This document shows, one piece after another, positions 35,309 to 43,387 of a DNA stretch of 54,183 nt. Source of the DNA: a virus. Location: the IMG/VR virus record IMGVR_UViG_3300048906_000028, positions 1-54,183 of that record. The stretch is one strand, 5' to 3'. The notes below the pieces were generated by a model. The model was not told the origin of the DNA, ran no database searches, and worked only from the letters and a program-made list of their open reading frames with translations. The translations under genes and the position numbers were made by a program. How positions within the stretch are numbered: position 1 is the first letter of the stretch; every line of letters begins with the position of its first letter.

Positions 35309-38058
35309 TGGCTGCGATCGTAAACCGCATTGATACGACTCTGCAGGCCGCCGCGACCCGCACCACACTGGCCCCATCGGCCGCGCTGGTCCTGGTCCCA
35401 AGCGTCAATTCATTCCTTCTCGATGCTGGCGGAACGCCGCAAGTGGCCGCCATTACGTTCACAGCTGCCAAGATCAACGTCGATGGCGTGATCTCGTTCA
35501 CGTGCACGGGCGGTACCGTTACCGTGAACGGCAATGTGGCCACGCTGGCCTACGCTAATATGACGGCCTCGTCGGCCGTGGTGACGGCCACAATTACTGT
35601 GAACGGCTCCCCGGTTTCGGCCTCGGCAACCGTGATTAAATTCACTGACCCCGCCGTGGCCAAGGCTGCGGCTGATAATGCATCCACGCAAGCGGCCCTG
35701 GCCAATACCGCGCTGACCCAAATCGCTTCCGACAGCATTCTGTCGCCAGGTGAAAAGCCGGAGGCCAACGCCAAGTGGAACGCGATTTACAATGAGTACA
35801 CCGCGTATTATACGCAGGGCACTACGTACAGCCAGACCACACAGCGCGACGCTTACGCCACGGCCTATTCGAACCTGAACACCTACATCACTGGTCTTGG
35901 TACTGAATTCACCAACATCCCTGGTAACAACATCGCCATCAATGGCGCGACCTTCCGGTCCACATTCCAGGCTTACTACGACGCACGCCAGACACTGCTT
36001 AATGCCATCACCGTGGAAGTAGGTAAGCGCGCTGCATGGTCGAGTGTGGCCAACCGGCCCGCAAACATCGCGGCGCTGACCGGTACCGAGGCAATTCAAA
36101 ACAGCCTCATTACGCTTACCGGCCTGGGTCAGACCAATTACCGCGCCCGCGCTCGCGGCGGCTTAACCTCGGCTACGTATTCCTCGCAGATGTGGAAGGA
36201 TGGGGCGGCGTATGGGGCAGTAGACCAAATTCCAGCAGGGGAGCAGCGCAGTTATTCGGTGTACGTGTTCAATCGTAGTGACGGTTCCCTGGCGGGGGCA
36301 CGCTGGTATGACGTTTATGGGAATGCGGCTAACGCTACGTCCATGGCGCAATATCTGAATCAGCTTGGCCCCAACTATGTGGTAGTGGTGATCACCTACG
36401 ATGAACCTAAAACTAATCGGTTAGCAGGTGGCCTTGACGCTGCAATGTATCGCTGTGGCGCGAGCCGGGCCGTTTATGGGTCTAGCCAATTCATGTACCG
36501 TTCGGCCTATATATTAGTAGGTGTGCCCGGGTGCGGTGAGGGTAACGGTGCGGAGGCTTATCAAGGGGCTGCAGACGGTGATACCAACGCGTGGTGCGAT
36601 GTCGGCTTCAATATCCTCAATGGCGCACTTACAGGGGTGTCGGGCAGTTACCAGCCTAAGTCACTGCAGGATTATGGGTATACCGGTGATCTTAATGCCA
36701 CCACGGCGGTAAGCCTGGTGGGCCGTAGCGTTACGGTTCAGGGTAGCACTCTTTCTAAAAATGGGGGGACTAGCGGCCAGTGGGATGCAGATGCTTATAG
36801 CAAGCAAAGCTATCCATGCGCATATGCCACAGCCACTTCATCTGGGATTTGCGACATCTTTTTCGGAATTAACGCAGACCCTCTATACGACGCGAGCTTC
36901 GGGAGTATTGACTTCGCATGGTATTTGCGCGGGGATGGCCTGGCGTTTTTCTACACTGGGGGTTACAACCAGGGTAACACCAACTATACGGCCGGGGATA
37001 CCTTCACTGTATCATATGATGGGGTTTACGCCCGCTGGCTCAAGAATGGAGTGGCGGCGTTCACTTTACGAGTTAACCCCCCGCAAGGTCCTTTATACTT
37101 CGATTCATCTTTCGCATACCAAGGGCAACCCCTTCTAGGTGTTCAATTCGGCCCGATGGCCAACGTGTATCAGGCACCGCGAGGCGATGCCACGACCCCG
37201 GATAATGTATTCCCCGATCCAAGATTTAAAGACCTCGTGTGGTGGAACATGCTTGGGCTGGTTAACATTGGGGACTGGCAAGATATCTCAACCTCCTGGA
37301 GGACAGCAGCATCCTGCTATTTACCTCCGTCGACCTATCGCACAATTCACACGGGATGGTTCCCAATGACACCGGGAGCCACTTACCGAACAACCTTACA
37401 GGTGAGCAAGCCTTCGGACCTTAACGCTTACGCTTCGTTCTTTCTGGAATTCGGGGACGGTACAGTTTGCTACTTTGGTCAGCCGCAGGCGGGAGTGTGG
37501 GGGGGCAGTTCACCCGACTATCCCGGTGTGCAAATCAATTATTACCCAGGGAGCCAGAACGGGTTTATAGATTGGGTAAATTCGCATACAGTTAATAACG
37601 ACACCCGCGCCAATAAAGCACGCTTTGTGATTATCCAAAACAACACGGCCGGAACCATTGAATTCGGGGGCATTACGCTAACCCGTATGGCTGATGCTGC
37701 ACTGGTGGCCCCCGGTGCTGTCACCAATTCGTCACTGGCCCTCACCGCTGCCACCATCAGTGGCCTGCCAGGGTATGTGGGCGGTGGCTCAGGTCGTCCT
37801 GCGATTACCGTTGCCGACATCTATTTGTCCGGTAGCGGCGGTAAAGCGCCTTACACTTTTGATTACAACCTGGAAATTACCACCCAACAGACCCCGACCG
37901 TCACCCTGTTGCTGGATTCCACCAACAACGCCCACGTTAAAATTAAAGGGTTCCAAATCGGCAGCGACGGCACCACGACATCGGGAAACCTTAAAGTCGC
38001 CATGACAGACGGTAATGGATTAACTACTTACGGTATTTGCGCTTTTGATGTGAGCTAA
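35308..38058 (+). CDS. Tail fibre / host-specificity protein
   Basis: 916 aa. Contains the SILSPGEKPEANAKWNAIYNEY motif common in tail fibre/J-like proteins, plus an internal FAM3/ILEI-like segment. Confidence 0.7.
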   Translation: MAAIVNRIDTTLQAAATRTTLAPSAALVLVPSVNSFLLDAGGTPQVAAITFTAAKINVDGVISFTCTGGTVTVNGNVATLAYANMTASSAVVTATITVNGSPVSASATVIKFTDPAVAKAAADNASTQAALANTALTQIASDSILSPGEKPEANAKWNAIYNEYTAYYTQGTTYSQTTQRDAYATAYSNLNTYITGLGTEFTNIPGNNIAINGATFRSTFQAYYDARQTLLNAITVEVGKRAAWSSVANRPANIAALTGTEAIQNSLITLTGLGQTNYRARARGGLTSATYSSQMWKDGAAYGAVDQIPAGEQRSYSVYVFNRSDGSLAGARWYDVYGNAANATSMAQYLNQLGPNYVVVVITYDEPKTNRLAGGLDAAMYRCGASRAVYGSSQFMYRSAYILVGVPGCGEGNGAEAYQGAADGDTNAWCDVGFNILNGALTGVSGSYQPKSLQDYGYTGDLNATTAVSLVGRSVTVQGSTLSKNGGTSGQWDADAYSKQSYPCAYATATSSGICDIFFGINADPLYDASFGSIDFAWYLRGDGLAFFYTGGYNQGNTNYTAGDTFTVSYDGVYARWLKNGVAAFTLRVNPPQGPLYFDSSFAYQGQPLLGVQFGPMANVYQAPRGDATTPDNVFPDPRFKDLVWWNMLGLVNIGDWQDISTSWRTAASCYLPPSTYRTIHTGWFPMTPGATYRTTLQVSKPSDLNAYASFFLEFGDGTVCYFGQPQAGVWGGSSPDYPGVQINYYPGSQNGFIDWVNSHTVNNDTRANKARFVIIQNNTAGTIEFGGITLTRMADAALVAPGAVTNSSLALTAATISGLPGYVGGGSGRPAITVADIYLSGSGGKAPYTFDYNLEITTQQTPTVTLLLDSTNNAHVKIKGFQIGSDGTTTSGNLKVAMTDGNGLTTYGICAFDVS

Positions 38059-38059
38059 T

Positions 38060-38683
38060 ATGACAATCTATGCAGCCATCGACCACGCGGGTATCGTGGT
38101 TACCTACCTGGAAGATAAACAAGACCCCGACTACGAAGGACCCCCTACCGTGCCCCCGGTGGTGGCCGGAGACGATTACGCATCGGTGCAGGTGGTGTCA
38201 TCCAAGGTGCCCCGCCCCCTGGCCGCATCTGAAACTACTTTCCTGTTCTGGAATGACGGAAACCCCGAATGGCGCGAGTCTTTGGACCTGGATGGCGTTA
38301 AATCGGCGGTGATCGCTAAAATTGACTACGCATGCGACAAAGCCAGGGCCTTGGTTGTAGGCGACCCCGTGCGGGTGGTTGAGTATGAGCGTGCACAAAA
38401 GCATGCTGAAATGTATCAGGAATCCAACTGGACCCTTGACCCCGTGCCAGAGGCCGTGTTATCATACCAGCAAGCAATGTACCGCGAAAATTGGACCGCA
38501 CGCCAGGCCGCCGAAGACATCCTCGCCGCACGTGATCGCTGGTTAAATGCTCTGGATTTCATCCGCCGTCTTCGCCTCAAAACCAAGGCAGATGTGAGAG
38601 CAGCGATAAACACGGATCAGCCTTATCTTACTTTAGCAGTAGTGGAGCAGAGTCTTAATCAGGCAATGCAGGGAGTGGTTTAA
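38060..38683 (+). CDS. Tail-module hypothetical protein (207 aa)
   Basis: ORF 1 nt after the upstream stop. Confidence 0.65.
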   Translation: MTIYAAIDHAGIVVTYLEDKQDPDYEGPPTVPPVVAGDDYASVQVVSSKVPRPLAASETTFLFWNDGNPEWRESLDLDGVKSAVIAKIDYACDKARALVVGDPVRVVEYERAQKHAEMYQESNWTLDPVPEAVLSYQQAMYRENWTARQAAEDILAARDRWLNALDFIRRLRLKTKADVRAAINTDQPYLTLAVVEQSLNQAMQGVV

Positions 38684-39508
38684 ATGGCGGCAAACACCCG
38701 TATCATGTATGACAACATTGCCGAACGTGGTACCATTACCGCTTCCACCTACGCGGGCGTGCTGGTCCCCGCCAACTTGGTGGCCTCGCGCAAGTCCAAA
38801 GTGTGGCGGTCGACAGGGACATCCGCCACCCTGTCGGTGGTCCTGGCCGCCGCCGAAGTGGCCTCGATGGTGGCCCTTCCCTTCTGCGACCTGACCAGCG
38901 CCTCCACCATCCGCGTGCGCCTGTATTCTGACGCGGCCGGTGCCAACCTGGTGCTGGACACCGCCGCCCAATCAGCTTGCCCCGCCCAATCGTTACAGCC
39001 TCGCGGATTCACTACCGCCCAGGCAGCCAACGCTTACGCATACGGTGGCGGGGCCTATGCCCGCATTTGGTTCACTCCTACCTCTTTCATGAAAGCCGTG
39101 ATCGATATCGCGGACGCGGGCAACCCTCTCGGCTTCATCGAATCTTCCTACCTCTGGATTTCCAACTATTGGGAAGTCCCTTACAACCCTTCATCCAGCC
39201 CAGTGGGTTGGATTGATGACAGTTCGATGTCGTCCAGCCGAGCGGGTGACCAGATGGTGACCTCAAGCTGGCTCCGCCGCCGCCTGTCCATCGACCTTAC
39301 ACAATTCCCTGCCACCGACCGCACCAAAATGGTAACGCTGCTGCGGAACAGCCGTGCATATCCAATCCTGATTTCCGTGTTCCCTGGCTCCACCGACCTT
39401 GAGCTTGAACGTGATTATTTCATCCTTGGCCGCCGACCCAGGGACTCGGACATCGCTATTGAAATGTCCTCCTACTACTCGGTCAACATACCAATAGAAG
39501 AGGTATAA
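38684..39508 (+). CDS. Tail-module hypothetical protein (274 aa)
   Basis: ORF adjacent to the upstream stop. Confidence 0.65.
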   Translation: MAANTRIMYDNIAERGTITASTYAGVLVPANLVASRKSKVWRSTGTSATLSVVLAAAEVASMVALPFCDLTSASTIRVRLYSDAAGANLVLDTAAQSACPAQSLQPRGFTTAQAANAYAYGGGAYARIWFTPTSFMKAVIDIADAGNPLGFIESSYLWISNYWEVPYNPSSSPVGWIDDSSMSSSRAGDQMVTSSWLRRRLSIDLTQFPATDRTKMVTLLRNSRAYPILISVFPGSTDLELERDYFILGRRPRDSDIAIEMSSYYSVNIPIEEV

Positions 39509-40015
39509 ATGCAAACGATCCGCGTGCATTTCACGAAGCGCCCCTGGAACCCAGTGTCCTGGCTGATCCGGCACACCTTGCCAAGGTCGATCCTGGCCGC
39601 CGCGCTGTCCTCGCACGCGATCATCGACTTGTGTGATGGCACGGCCGTCGAAGCTTCCATGATCCACGGGGTGCGCCGTGCACCGCTGGCCGACGTTCTC
39701 AAAGGATCGGAAATTGTAGCTACCCGAGAATTTGGTGTCCCCGACCGCGCTGCGGCCGTCGAGTGGCTTCAATCCCAGGTGGGTACCCGGTATGACTTCG
39801 CGGGGGCTTTCGGCCTGCTGGAACCTGACCGCGATTGGCAGCGCGAGGACGCGTGGTTCTGCTATGAACTGGCCGCCGCCGCTCTCACTAAAGCCGGTCT
39901 CAACCTATTCAATCGACTCGGTAGTATAACCGAGCGTGAATTACTAGGCATAAATCCTGAAATCTTGACAACCTTTAAGGCTATCCCATGTGTGGAAAAC
40001 CACAAACCATCATGA
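39509..40015 (+). CDS. Papain-like (NlpC/P60 or YiiX-type) hydrolase, tentative
   Basis: 168 aa. The motifs SHAIID, GTRYDFAG and WFCYELAA suggest a Cys-His peptidase/amidase fold. Confidence 0.5.
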   Translation: MQTIRVHFTKRPWNPVSWLIRHTLPRSILAAALSSHAIIDLCDGTAVEASMIHGVRRAPLADVLKGSEIVATREFGVPDRAAAVEWLQSQVGTRYDFAGAFGLLEPDRDWQREDAWFCYELAAAALTKAGLNLFNRLGSITERELLGINPEILTTFKAIPCVENHKPS

Positions 40016-40428
40016 ATCGACTCTTCACTTGTGAGGTGTTGTTACGCATATACACTATGTTAATGGCCGGATTATACGGTCTTACAATGTCTTTCCAGTC
40101 GCAATCATTGATTTACCAAGTGGCGCACGCTTCCGACAGTTCCCGGGTGGCCGCCTACCTGATGGTCGCCTTTGCCGTCCTGGGATTGCTCGACGTCATC
40201 ATAAATGATATCCTTCCGGAGTCGTACAGTTTAGCAAGAGCGCTCCACGACCGTCATTTAGTGAGCATGGGCCTTTCCCTATGTTTCGGCGTAGAGGTTT
40301 TTACAGAAGTCAAATACAATCTTTCGTATGCGGCTTTGCCTTTCTTCATCATTTACGCGGTCCTAATCCCCGCCACAGCGTTTGTCGATGTAGTTAAAAG
40401 GTACAAAACCGAGGAAACCCCTGCATGA
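40012..40428 (+). CDS. Multi-pass membrane protein (holin candidate)
   Basis: ATG 40012 overlaps the upstream stop (ATGA). It has several hydrophobic spans and is AT-richer than its surroundings. Confidence 0.55.
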   Translation: MNRLFTCEVLLRIYTMLMAGLYGLTMSFQSQSLIYQVAHASDSSRVAAYLMVAFAVLGLLDVIINDILPESYSLARALHDRHLVSMGLSLCFGVEVFTEVKYNLSYAALPFFIIYAVLIPATAFVDVVKRYKTEETPA

Positions 40429-40838
40429 AGCGCGAATTACGCACAATCTTTGCCCTCAAGGTAGCGCTTTGCATAATGTGGCCGATAACCGCCACAGCCG
40501 CATCGATCACTTTCGGCGAAAAACTCACCTCAATCCCGGCACTGTCGATCCTGATGACGCTGCTGCTGTCGACGCTGTCGGGTGTCACCTCGCTGCTCAA
40601 CGCGATGAAGCGCGAATATGAGCAGAACAAGACCATCGACCGGTTATGGCTGTTCATTTCCAGCAAGCTCCTGGGTTCCAACCTGGCGGGCCTGCTGGCC
40701 TTCCTGGGTTCCGAGTATTGGGGCGTGCCAGACACAGCCATCGCGATAGCCATCATCCTGGCGGCGTTCGGCGGCGGCCCGCTGATCGAGCGCGGTCTTA
40801 ACAAATACGCCGACAAATACCTACCTGGGAGTACCTGA
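40425..40838 (+). CDS. Multi-pass membrane protein (holin/antiholin candidate)
   Basis: ATGA overlap. Hydrophobic spans. Directly upstream of the endolysin. Confidence 0.55.
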   Translation: MKRELRTIFALKVALCIMWPITATAASITFGEKLTSIPALSILMTLLLSTLSGVTSLLNAMKREYEQNKTIDRLWLFISSKLLGSNLAGLLAFLGSEYWGVPDTAIAIAIILAAFGGGPLIERGLNKYADKYLPGST

Positions 40839-41383
40839 TGAACTGCGTGCGAATCCTCACCTCGGCCGAATTCCTGCGGGTGGTTCCGCTGGCCCGCAAC
40901 AAGGTGGGGACGGTGTTACCCTGCCTGAACTCCGCCATGGGCGAGTTCGAAATCAACACCAAAATGCGCCAGGCCCACTTCCTGTCCCAAACCGCGCATG
41001 AATCCGGATCGTTCGTTTACGTCAAAGAGCTTGCATCCGGCCAGGCTTATGAAGGCCGCCACGACCTCGGCAACACTGAACCGGGCGACGGGGTGAGATT
41101 CAAAGGGCGGGGCTACATTCAAATCACCGGCCGAGCGAATTACTTGCAATGCTCGATGGAGCTTCTCGGGGATGATCGCCTGATCCAATTCCCCGAGTTG
41201 CTGGAGACGCCAGAATTGGCTGCACGGTCGGCCGCCTGGTGGTGGGCCAAGCACGGTCTCAATGAGCTTGCTGATGCTGGCGCGGGGTCGGTATACGCGA
41301 TCACCCGCCGAATCAACGGCGGTACCAACGGACTGGCCGAGCGTGAACATTTCTTCGGCCTGGCCAATGCGGAGCTTGCATGA
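40838..41383 (+). CDS. Endolysin, glycoside hydrolase family 19 (chitinase-like)
   Basis: AHFLSQTAHESG...FKGRGYIQITGRANY are hallmark GH19 motifs. Confidence 0.85.
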   Translation: MNCVRILTSAEFLRVVPLARNKVGTVLPCLNSAMGEFEINTKMRQAHFLSQTAHESGSFVYVKELASGQAYEGRHDLGNTEPGDGVRFKGRGYIQITGRANYLQCSMELLGDDRLIQFPELLETPELAARSAAWWWAKHGLNELADAGAGSVYAITRRINGGTNGLAEREHFFGLANAELA

Positions 41384-41910
41384 TTAACAAAATCGGAATC
41401 GAAACCCTTATCGCGGTGGTGATGGGGATCATCTTGTTTGCCTTGGGCGCGACCCTGGGCAGCCGTCACGTACAGTCGAAATGGGACCATGAAAAGTTGG
41501 TACAGTCCCAGGCCATCAATCAGGCAGTGGGCAATCGCCTGCAGGAGAACGCCAACCTAGCCGCCGAGCAAGGCGCTGCCAAGGAATTGAACCGCAAGGA
41601 GATTAAAGATGAAAACGCTGCAATTGATGCTGTTACTCATGATTCTGCAAGGCTGCGCATCCCCGCAAGTGCTTGTCCAGGACCTACCCCCGCCACCAAA
41701 ACCGCAAGCGCCAGCGGAGGCGTTCATATCCCTGCCGGAGCCTGGCCACTTCTCGAAGTGCCTGCGGCAAATCCTATCGGGGAATCAAGCATCGAACTGC
41801 CCACCGACATCGACGCCGCCCTGAAAAACAAGGCTGAATTCTCGGACAGGATCGTGGCATCATGCCGGGGCCTCCAAAAGTTCGTCCGGGACAACGGAAT
41901 GGCCCCGTAG
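41380..41910 (+). CDS. i-spanin (Rz-like)
   Basis: N-terminal transmembrane segment, coiled-coil body, follows the endolysin, and contains the embedded lipoprotein ORF. Confidence 0.7.
   Translation: MINKIGIETLIAVVMGIILFALGATLGSRHVQSKWDHEKLVQSQAINQAVGNRLQENANLAAEQGAAKELNRKEIKDENAAIDAVTHDSARLRIPASACPGPTPATKTASASGGVHIPAGAWPLLEVPAANPIGESSIELPTDIDAALKNKAEFSDRIVASCRGLQKFVRDNGMAP
41609..41824 (+). CDS. o-spanin (Rz1-like lipoprotein), embedded in the +1 frame
   Basis: MKTLQLMLLLMILQGC has a lipobox (LQGC). The mature part is Pro-rich. The ORF lies wholly inside 41380..41910. Confidence 0.7.
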   Translation: MKTLQLMLLLMILQGCASPQVLVQDLPPPPKPQAPAEAFISLPEPGHFSKCLRQILSGNQASNCPPTSTPP

Positions 41911-41939
41911 TGCCTTTGCAACGCCAGTAAGCGCGATTA

Positions 41940-41969
41940 TTGACAAACCTTTTCGCCTTATGTTTTAAT
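41940..41969 (+). promoter_or_regulatory. Class I promoter, TTGACA-N18-TTTAAT
   Basis: -35 at 41940-41945 and -10 at 41964-41969. GTGCCTTTGCAAC box at 41910-41922. A strong leader hairpin GGTCTCG...CGAGACC follows. Confidence 0.55.
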
Positions 41970-42034
41970 AGGTCTCGGTCGTCACGACGAGACCTAAACC
42001 CCATAGAGAATAAACCCGCGAAAAGGAATTTAAA

Positions 42035-42874
42035 ATGAACATCACCCTGAAAGCTATCATCGCTTCCGGCGCAATTGTTTCTGTTCAATCCGTCAATGGT
42101 GGCTGGTCGACCGTGGCGGAGCAAGTACCCTCCGGCCCGGATGCGGGCACCTTCGGCAAACCGATGAAGGTGCGCAATTCGACGCTGCGCGACCTGACCG
42201 AAGTGGAAATGGCTATCCAAAACGCCCCCGCTCCGAAACCCGGCAAAAAGCCGAACCGGGCGGCAGCATCGGCAGCCCGCAAAACCGAGACCCAAGCCAA
42301 AGAGCAGCTGCGCAAGCTCCTGAACCCCGGCAAACCCGCCAAGGCCGAGAAGCCCGTCAAGGCCCCTAAGGTCACGAAGCCCGCCAAGACGCGCCGCGAC
42401 CCGGTATCCGCCCGCCCCGAATCGGACGATGTTCTCAACCCCGATGGCTCCGCCTTCGTGGCATCCGACAAGCTGGTGAAGCCCGATTATGACCGCTACA
42501 CCAAGCACGAAATCAAGTCCCCGTCCGGCCGCAAAGCCCTGGATGTCAACGATGAAGCGGCCAACCTGTTGCGCGGCCAGGATATCGCGGACTGCTATTT
42601 CATCACCGCCAAGAATATCGCCAAGACCTCCGGCGAGAACCCGGAAGATGTTGAAGCGGCGCTCAAGGAGAAGTACAAAAACTTGAACGTGGGCATGCAG
42701 CGCATGAATCTGGGCAACCGCCTGCGCAAGGCTCTGGGCACCTACGGCAACCGCAATGCCCACAAAGGTGAACGCTCGACCGACACCGGGGATGGCGCAT
42801 CGGCTCCCAAGTACGGTAAGCGTGCTGGCGAGCAATTGAAGCGTGCCAGCGACCCCGCGCAACCAGCAGCGTGA
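42035..42874 (+). CDS. Lys/Pro/Ala-rich basic protein (279 aa), possibly DNA-binding
   Basis: Central KPGKKPNR...GKPAKAEKPVKAPKVTKPAKT tract. It has its own promoter and a terminator. Confidence 0.7.
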   Translation: MNITLKAIIASGAIVSVQSVNGGWSTVAEQVPSGPDAGTFGKPMKVRNSTLRDLTEVEMAIQNAPAPKPGKKPNRAAASAARKTETQAKEQLRKLLNPGKPAKAEKPVKAPKVTKPAKTRRDPVSARPESDDVLNPDGSAFVASDKLVKPDYDRYTKHEIKSPSGRKALDVNDEAANLLRGQDIADCYFITAKNIAKTSGENPEDVEAALKEKYKNLNVGMQRMNLGNRLRKALGTYGNRNAHKGERSTDTGDGASAPKYGKRAGEQLKRASDPAQPAA

Positions 42875-42925
42875 CACCCCGTGTAGGTGTAACAGTCCAG
42901 GGGGCCTGTCACGGCCTGCCTGGAG

Positions 42926-42948
42926 AGAAGGCCCTTCGCGGGCCTTCT
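42926..42948 (+). terminator. Stem-loop terminator
   Basis: AGAAGGCCC-TTCGC-GGGCCTTCT, a perfect 9-bp stem. Confidence 0.55.
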
Positions 42949-42986
42949 GGCTATTTCCCGCTACTTACATAGCCAGCGCATCGTCG

Positions 42987-43020
42987 GAAGGCCAGGAGAG
43001 TACCTCCCGTGCGGCCGGAG
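42987..43020 (+). repeat. GTACC box copy
   Basis: gaaggccaGGAGAGTACCTCCCGTGCGGCCGGAG. Confidence 0.7.
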
Positions 43021-43084
43021 ACACATTCCCGTAATATCACCTCACCTGCAGCCACACACGCGCCCTCGCGTACACGTATGCGCG

Positions 43085-43309
43085 GATTACGCGTACGGAC
43101 ACGCGGACAGTCCTAGCGACAAGCGACAATATCCCGGAGGGGGTACACGACTACACACGGCCCACACTCCAGGCCAGAACGCCCGTCCTTGCGGGGCTTC
43201 TTGGTAGTCGAACCCGTGTATATTGATATACACAGAACACTACACGGCTGTCACATCACCTAACGTGTGCTGATCTCTCAGATGTTGTCAAGAGTGGTCG
43301 GCTTTCGGG
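43085..43309 (+). repeat. Noncoding paralog B (homologous to 13722..13985)
   Basis: Carries the same ordered blocks as region A (see feature 13722..13985). Confidence 0.75.
43216..43233. promoter_or_regulatory. Near-palindrome GTGTATATTGATATACAC
   Basis: Paralog of 13854..13871. Only the 2 central bases break the symmetry. Confidence 0.6.
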
Positions 43310-43329
43310 TGTCTCGTGCGCAAGTCAGG

Positions 43330-43359
43330 TTGACCCGTGGAAACGCCGAGTGGTATAAT
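43330..43359 (+). promoter_or_regulatory. Class II promoter, TTGACC-N18-TATAAT with a TGG extension
   Basis: TTGACCCGTGGAAACGCCGAGTGGTATAAT is nearly identical to 52420..52448. It lies 29 nt upstream of GTG 43388. Confidence 0.65.
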
Positions 43360-43387
43360 GATGCCATAGACAATAGCGGAGGATTAG

